A stretch of 63,801 nt of DNA, counting the filler, from Octopus bimaculoides (taxonomy: Eukaryota), in the NCBI RefSeq assembly GCF_001194135.2. It is 7 parts of 6 records of this genome, joined end to end, with 100 filler letters (N's around TTAATTAATTAA, not from the genome) between each part and the next. Parts side by side here need not be neighbours in the genome. Positions count along the whole stretch, not along the records: positions 50,401 to 61,559 come from NC_068989.1; positions 61,660 to 63,801 come from NC_068983.1; 5 more parts are not named here. One strand, written 5' to 3'. The position numbers were made by a program, and so were the translations under genes. Below, one piece after another: positions 56,925 through 63,801 of the stretch (positions are counted from its first letter, which is position 1; the number at the start of each line of letters is the position of its first letter). The notes under the pieces are model-generated. The model was not told where the DNA came from. It did not search any database and worked only from the letters and a program-made list of their open reading frames with translations.

Positions 56925-57420
56925 AGATTAGATTATTTAGATAAGTTTCGGCCGAAGTTGACTCAGGCCATTTCTAATTTAACAGCACCACCTGGAAGAG
57001 ATACATGTCAGCTCTGGAGAACCGTAGCCCATTCAAGCAGAGGGTTATTGTTTTCAGAGACATATCTGGGTGTGGGTGGTTTATCTGGTATTTGCTGGGG
57101 GTAATCATCTAAGGATCGTTTGAATGCCGTGAAGTCACTTTCCTATTTATGTGTGTCTGGCACGATGTTGAAGAGAGCAGGGCCAATTGAAGTGAAATAG
57201 ATCTGTCATAGTGTTGTGATACGACACGAACATTTCTGTAGTGAACGGATGACACGGAGGCCAAGCCTCGGACGAATTTTAAAGATGGGCAATGTTGAAG
57301 GGGTATTTCCACATCATACAGATGATATAGAGCTCACAGCGGCGGTGGAGGGAGAAAAGCCTGAGCCTTTTGAAGTGATCCCAATAGTCAAAGCTTTTCA
57401 TGTCATCCTCCGCAGACATC
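56925..57420 (-). mobile_element. CR1-like LINE 3' end
   Basis: FDYWDHFKRLRLFSLHRRCELYIICMMWK, then IGPALFNIVP...FKRSLDDYPQQIPDKPPTP...NNPLLEWA and a short 3' UTR. Confidence 0.8.
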
Positions 57421-57599
57421 CTCCAAGCAGTTCATTTTCAGATAGATACGCGAGTAAAATTACTAATAGAGAAACGAAAATAAACTTTGGAAACAGCAAC
57501 GCCACAATAGGTTACGTGCAAACGATGAAGGTGTTTTCAAGGGAGATAATCAAGGAACGTAACATTGTAATACTTCATGTAAAGTAGATATATCAAATG

Positions 57600-57783
57600 A
57601 AAAATCCTTCAAGAATCCATAAAAATTCCTGGATCACTACCAAGATTTCATCATCTGTTCCTTGTGTCATTACCAACTTTTTCTGCAAGTTTCATCAAAT
57701 ACTGTTCACAACTTTTTGAGTGTCGGACAGACGGACAAACCAGTGCCGATAAAAACATAACCTCCTTCCTTGGCGGAGGTAAC
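57600..57783 (+). mobile_element. Helentron/HINE-like 3' end
   Basis: gcaagtttcatcaaa...cggacagacggacaaacc...aaaacataacctccttccttggcggaggtaa with a terminal acctcc/ggaggt hairpin. Confidence 0.45.
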
Positions 57784-58693
57784 TATGGCACTTATTCTAT
57801 CGGCTAGTTTTGTCAAACCGGTAAGTTAAGGGAGCGTAAACAAACCAACACCAGTTGCCAAGCGGCGGGGAACAAATTTGAAGCCAAGAACGCACGCGCG
57901 CACATACACACATACACCTGTGTGTATGGCGCGCGTCCGATCTTGTGTGTGTGTGTGTGTATTTGTGCTTGTGTTTGTGTGTATTCAAGACTACCTTTAA
58001 GAGTTTGCTCGAAGAACATATATATTCTCTCTGCATTTCCGATGGTTATATAATCAAATGTTTTGCTTACATAAGTTCCTAATTACCATTTAACAAGAAC
58101 GGGATTGGTAATGAAACAAAAGAATTTTCCAGAACGATTTCTATAAACCACGTGAATCAGTTAACAAAACAAATCAAGACTGTAATCTTATTTCTTTAAT
58201 CGTATTTTTTTTAAGCTTATTTCTTTAATCCTACTTCATTTACGTTTGAGTTTACCCTATACTTAAACCTAAGAGTCTATTACAGACTTCTTTGAACACT
58301 AATTCCTCACTATAAGCTATATGGAAGTAACCAAAACTGTTCCACAATACAAATACTCTTTGTGATCGATGATTTCTTAGTGACTGCTAAAGATTTTATA
58401 GAAATTTTCATCATTATAGAAATTTTCATCGACAACTCCAACTCTTTAAATTAACCCCACCTGAAATTGTTACAGAAGATAGCAAAACTTTGAAAGCAAT
58501 GGATTCTCTCTATCTCTCTCCTTCCTTCTTTCTTTTTCTTTCTTTCCTGCTTTATCTTTCCATTTTATTCTCATTTCCTGTCTCATTCTTTTTATTCCCT
58601 TTTAAATTCTTTCTTTTACTTTTCTCTCTTCCTCTTACTCTTTCTTATTCTGTTTCCACCCTTCTTTCTTTATCTCTCTCTCTCTCTCTCTCC

Positions 58694-58759
<66 letters not shown>

Positions 58760-59204
58760 CTCTCTCAAATCCCAAAATTTATGTGGGAGTAACTCTATTC
58801 TCCATACATAAAGAAATATTTTTCATCCAATTACAGCACCAGAAGCTGATTTTTTTCTTTTATTTTAACTTAGTCATATATGAAAAAAGGAGAAAAAAAA
58901 CCAACATGGTTAAAAGCGGTCTTGAATAGCCAGCCTATCAGCTGTAGCGAATACAAATATGGCGCTTGCTAGATTTACTGATAACTATTCTCACATGTGG
59001 CAAATACGTAAACCTTTGATTCCAGATTCCTTAATGACGCATCTTCCTACTCACTTCCAAACATCAATAATTACTTCTCATATTAAGATAAATCCAGATT
59101 TCCCTAACGAGATCTTTCTTTGTATTTATTCCATCTAATCTCAAACAATATCCACGTGAAACTTTAACATTTTACATTTGTTAGTCAATAAGACAAACCA
59201 TGGT

Positions 59205-59390
59205 AACGAGCTGGTAGAATCGTTAAGCACACCGGGCAAAATTTTACGTCTTTACGTTCAGTGTTCAGACTCCGCCGAGGTCAACTTTTATCCTTTCGGA
59301 GTCGATAAGTAAGTACCAGTTAAGTACTGAGGTCGATGTAATCGACTTATCCCCCGCCTTCTCCTAAAACTACTGGCCTTGTAGCAACAT
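59205..59390 (+). mobile_element. SINE family B
   Basis: gagctggtagaatcgttaagcacaccgggc...ccgccgaggtcaac...gtaccagttaagtactgaggtcgatgtaatcgac. Confidence 0.7.
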
Positions 59391-60051
59391 TTGAAACGAA
59401 TGTCAATAAGAACCGCTAACAAAGTTATCAGGAATAAGGACTTCTTATATTTGAAAGGAGAGCATAAGAGAGTAAATTGAGCCAACAAGTTTATTCTACC
59501 TGCTAGAAATAGCAGCCAGTTATTCCTCATACTTATCCCATCCTACCGTTTTATATTAGAAAAAGATAAACGGTGTAGTCCTACGTAATCCTAAAATGGT
59601 TGGAATCATTTTCATTATAAACCTGACCGGTTGTGGTTAAGCTGAGACTAAAAACCAATATATTTGACTAAACGCAATCTAGTAATATTTATATTTAATA
59701 ATGCTGATTTCTTTTGTCTGACCACAAATTCTAACTAAATAACGAATTCTCTAATTTTCGCTAACATAAATTCTTACTTTTTCATCACGAACAAAAAAAA
59801 TTAATGCTATTTTCTGTTTCATATTGTAAACTTTAAAATTTCTTCCTGTCATATTAATAAATTCATATGAACGTTTGTTATAATAATTTACTTTTAATGT
59901 GAAATTACAAGTAATGAAGTTATCCGAGTTATATACGCTCTATTATGCTACGACAAAACATTAAGCTTACGTCGACGTCTTAATAAATTACTAATGAGCA
60001 AACACCGCTTTTGTTTCAATACGTACTGCATCAGAAAACATATTTATAGAC

Positions 60052-60208
60052 AGGGGCAGTGGTTGCGTGATTAGAAACTTGCTTCCCAACCACGTGATTC
60101 CGGGTTCAGTCACACACGAAGCACCTTGGGCAAGTGTCTTCTACTGTAGCCCCGAGATGAACAAAATCTTGTGAGTAAATTTAATAGACGGAAGATGAAA
60201 TAAGCTCG

Positions 60209-60210
<2 letters not shown>
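60052..60210 (+). mobile_element. SINE family A, 5' half
   Basis: ggcagtggttgcgtgattagaaacttgcttcccaaccac...gcaccttgggcaagtgtcttctactgtagc. Confidence 0.7.
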
Positions 60211-60259
<49 letters not shown>

Positions 60260-60424
60260 NNNNNNNNNNNNNNNNNNNNNNNNNNNNNNNNNNNNNNNNN
60301 NNNNNNNNNNNNNNNNNNNNNNNNNNNNNNNNNNNNNNNNNNNNNNNNNNNNNNNNNNNNNNNNNNNNNNNNNNNNNNNNNNNNNNNNNNNNNNNNNNNN
60401 NNNNNNNNNNNNNNNNNNNNNNNN

Positions 60425-60457
<33 letters not shown>

Positions 60458-60651
60458 TATGTATACATATATATATATACATATATACATATATATATAT
60501 ACATACATATATATACATATATATAAATATATATAAATCTTTCGATAAATACATTCAATGAGAATATTATATACGAATTTATATTGAGTGCTCTATTGTA
60601 TCAAAGTATTAATACTAATAAAGTATTTATGTATTTAATACGAGCGATTAT

Positions 60652-61530
60652 ATATATTTTATAATATATTATTATTAATGTCAGGAAATCAGTATTAGAA
60701 AATTCATCAGAAAGATATATACGTGTGTAAAATAATTGTTGTATTAAAAAAATATATAAAAATATATGTATATATGTATAAGTATAAATATATGATAATA
60801 ATAAATATGACAGTTTAAATGTTTTGAATTAAGTTTTAAAGCATCTTACGATCGTTTCACAGAAATGCTGTCCTAATAATGGAATCCTATATTGATAAGC
60901 ATTTATAGACAACTCTTCTGCTCTTCAGAGATATAAACGTTGAATTTTGTATAATTTATCGAATGGTAGTTTTTTTATAAATATGAAGTAATGTGATAAA
61001 AAGGTATTTGTTTGAAATATAAATTAATGATTAAAAATTACTGCTTTTGATTTTGGTAAGTACACTTTAGTATGAGACTTTATCCATATATTCTTCCTTG
61101 GTTGGTCTTCAGTAATAATCCATATGTGTAAAATCCATTATATGATCCTGTATTCCAAATATAGTTCATAGACTTAGATAATATAGAATAATGGAATCCT
61201 ATATTGATAAGCATTTATAGATAACTCTTCTGCTCCTCAGAAATATCAAATGTATAATTTGTATAATTTAACGAATGGTAGTTTTTTTTTTTTTAATTAT
61301 GCAGTAATATGGGAAAATGATGTTTGTTTGAAATATAAATTAAAATTCAAAACTTTTAAACTGTCATATTTATTATTATTATTATTATTATATATTTATA
61401 CTTATACATATTTACATACATTTTTATATATATTTCGAATACAATTATTTTACACACGTATATATCTTTCTGATGAATTTTCTAATATTGATTTCCTGAC
61501 ATTAATAATAATATATTATAAAATATATAA
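60652..61530. mobile_element. AT-rich fold-back/MITE-like element with about 180-bp inverted arms
   Basis: About 60652-60832 is the reverse complement of about 61341-61530. The interior contains a direct repeat (about 60877-60980 vs 61188-61290). Confidence 0.7.
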
Positions 61531-61659
61531 ATATATATACATATATGTATGCATATATANNNNNNNNNNNNNNNNNNNNNNNNNNNNNNNNNNNNNNNNN
61601 NNNTTAATTAATTAANNNNNNNNNNNNNNNNNNNNNNNNNNNNNNNNNNNNNNNNNNNN

Positions 61660-61740
<81 letters not shown>

Positions 61741-61795
61741 TGTTAGACGCAATAGATTGACTCATATTTACTTGTGGACATGTGAATGTGTATGT

Positions 61796-61838
<43 letters not shown>

Positions 61839-62164
61839 TGTAGCTGACGGAAACTTCGAAGTCACTGTGAATAATATTCTTGTTTAAGAATAATAAATTT
61901 GTACTCAAAAGTATAAAGTAACTTGTCGCATTAATGTAAAATTGTTATTTTAACTAAACACACATACATACATACATACATACATATATACATACATATA
62001 CACATACATACACACACACACACTTACATACATAACATAAATGTAGTCAAACCAAATAATATTCTGAATACATTTAATACATACGTTTCAGATAATTGCG
62101 CAAAAGATAAATGGAGAATTTCATTTTTTGCGCAAGATCTTCCTCGATTAAGACATATCAATAT

Positions 62165-62585
62165 ATACATATTCTCCAATCGAATCTCCTGCGACTCAAC
62201 ATGAGATCCCTTGACGACAATATTGACTTCTTTTGATTAAAGCATTTTTGGTCCGATGAGTAGCTATCAGATTACCCACCACACACGTTTTGGATAATTA
62301 CTACTTCCGAGATTCTGCTACCTATGAAACATATGTAGCCTGGATTTTATCTACCTCATTCCCAAACTTTGGATTTCTGTTCGCGTGCACAACAACCCCA
62401 GTGGCGAACTGTAAGCTATAACACAGTTTTTTTTGTTTTTTTTTTCAGTTTATCGAGCTTCGATTCGGGATAAACTTACAAACCTTCTACGTCAGGAACC
62501 ACTATTGCTCCTGAAAGTTGATTTTTATACCTTCTACGGACTGCTCGAAGCTTACTATCTTCCTACACATTGACCCTTGGATCTT
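62165..62585. repeat. Interspersed repeat copy B (X in opposite orientation, one IR, Y)
   Basis: Y segment taccttctacggactgctcgaagcttact..cttcctacac is shared with 53960-54010; X matches the reverse complement of 53604-53780. Confidence 0.7.
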
Positions 62586-62713
62586 ATCTTTACTTCTTAT
62601 ATATATGTAAGGGGAGAAGTCACAAAAAAAAAATCAAAACAAAAGACGAAGACAGGTGGTGTAAACAACAAACAGGTGTATTAGTTTTAACTCTCGGGAA
62701 GTGAAAACGTCTT

Positions 62714-62742
62714 TAACGTTTCGAGCCTCCGCTCTTCCACAG
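62714..62742 (-). ncRNA. Hammerhead-like motif with a non-canonical core (CUGUGGA) in a Penelope-type repeat
   Basis: Minus strand CTGTGGA-a-GAGC-ggag-GCTC-GAAA-CGTTA, with palindromic AACGTT. Confidence 0.4.
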
Positions 62743-62824
62743 AATAGAACACAGAAAGACACAAGGAGAGAAAATAAAGAGAGAAAATAAAGAATGTGTA
62801 GTGGCTAGCGATCTATCATATCTT

Positions 62825-63061
62825 TTATTTTTTTACTGGTTTCAGTCATTTGACTACTTCCTTGCTGGAGCACCACCTCGAAGGGTTTTAGTCGAACAAA
62901 TCGGCTCCAGGACTTATTTCCTAATCCTAGTACTTATTCTATCGGTCTCTTTTGCCGAACCGCTAGGTAACGGGCACGTAAATACACTAACACCGATTGT
63001 CCAGCGGTGATGGAGCGAGGAACAAACATATACAAAGACAAACACACATAGATACGCGCGT

Positions 63062-63115
<54 letters not shown>

Positions 63116-63270
63116 ACACACATATATATGTGACGGGTTTCTTTCAGTTTCCGTCTACCAAATCCACTTACAAGGTTTTGGTCAGTCAGAGGTTATAGTA
63201 GAAGACACTTGTCCACGGTGCCACACAATGGATCCATGTCGTTGGGAAGCAAACTTCTTCATTTCATATA
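62825..63270 (-). mobile_element. SINE family A
   Basis: Reverse complement of family A with an internal (CA)n. Confidence 0.75.
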
Positions 63271-63491
63271 ATTTGCCACAAGGGCATTACACAGAAGAAG
63301 CAGTTGCGGGCTAGACTAAGACATTAATGAAATGAATGATAATAAAATTACATGATAAAATGGGGGAGACAAGTGGCGTCCGCTGACCACCGTCTCCCGA
63401 AAACAATGTCCTCTCCTGTAATTTACAGAATATGAGGTTACAGACCTCTTACAATTTAAACGAGGCTTTTACACCTCTTACAATAAAAACT

Positions 63492-63758
63492 TTAGTCCTC
63501 AAAATTTTCAATGTCTGTAAGTTCTTCATCGCTCTTTACCATTCCCCATGCCTCACTCAAGCATAGGTCGGTTGTCATTTCTGGACCACCCGGCCAGTAG
63601 TGATATTCCTCTTTGGGGAGGACTTCACCCAACTTTTGCAACACGTTCACTTCTATGACATCCACAGCTATCTGCGGAGGCCATTCGGGATCCTGCGTGC
63701 AAGCCAGAAACCCTTTCCTCCTGTGTTCTTCCACAATTTTTTCTATTTTTCCACACCC
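63492..63758 (-). CDS. Terminal exon of an unidentified protein-coding gene
   Basis: Acceptor ttgtcttcttctacAG (phase 0); 88 codons GCGKIEKIVEEHRRKGFLACTQDPEWPPQIAVDVIEVNVLQKLGEVLPKEEYHYWPGGPEMTTDLCLSEAWGMVKSDEELTDIENFED-stop; higher GC, protein-like composition. Confidence 0.65.
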   Translation of the reverse strand, partial: GCGKIEKIVEEHRRKGFLACTQDPEWPPQIAVDVIEVNVLQKLGEVLPKEEYHYWPGGPEMTTDLCLSEAWGMVKSDEELTDIENFED

Positions 63759-63801
63759 CTGTAGAAGAAGACAAGTAATTCATCTCCCGTAAGGGGAAGG
63801 G

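Noticed and set aside
57216-57587. 123-aa plus-strand ORF
   Set aside because: Largely the antisense of the CR1-like LINE 3' end.
56040-59200. Candidate upstream Ctr exons (about 56.1, 58.1 and 59.1 kb)
   Set aside because: None shows the Ctr TM1 or Met-rich motifs with consistent phase and splice sites.

Overview
AT-rich, microsatellite-dense, gap-ridden eukaryotic scaffold segment. The repeat complement (three tRNA-head SINE families, RTE, CR1-like and R4/Dong LINE fragments, mariners, (TA)n/(CA)n/(TAA)n tracts) resembles what I recall of Octopus assemblies; the species is an inference. Most of the window is intronic or intergenic transposon debris, and nearly all ORFs in the supplied track are microsatellite or N-gap artefacts. 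Host coding signal I can support: the last exon of an SLC31/Ctr-type copper transporter (55617-55908, minus) and a terminal exon of an unidentified gene (63492-63758, minus). Weaker minus-strand exon candidates lie at 42.1, 49.8 and 11.5 kb. Most interesting non-host structures: two minimal hammerhead-ribozyme-like motifs, each beside a copy of a repeat whose internal segment is flipped between the copies; a two-copy mariner derivative whose two ends both come from the 5' end of the parent; R4/Dong fragments anchored in (TAA)n; an apparently intact 5' end of an L1/Tx1-like LINE with a UNCG hairpin; a fold-back element; and an exact 92-bp triplication carrying ETS, CRE and YY1-type motifs. Six 100-bp N44-TTAATTAATTAA-N44 spacers are artificial joins, so adjacency across them is unproven. 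Family assignments are from manual translation and recalled motifs, not database searches; many repeat boundaries are approximate. No prokaryotic system or CRISPR array is present.
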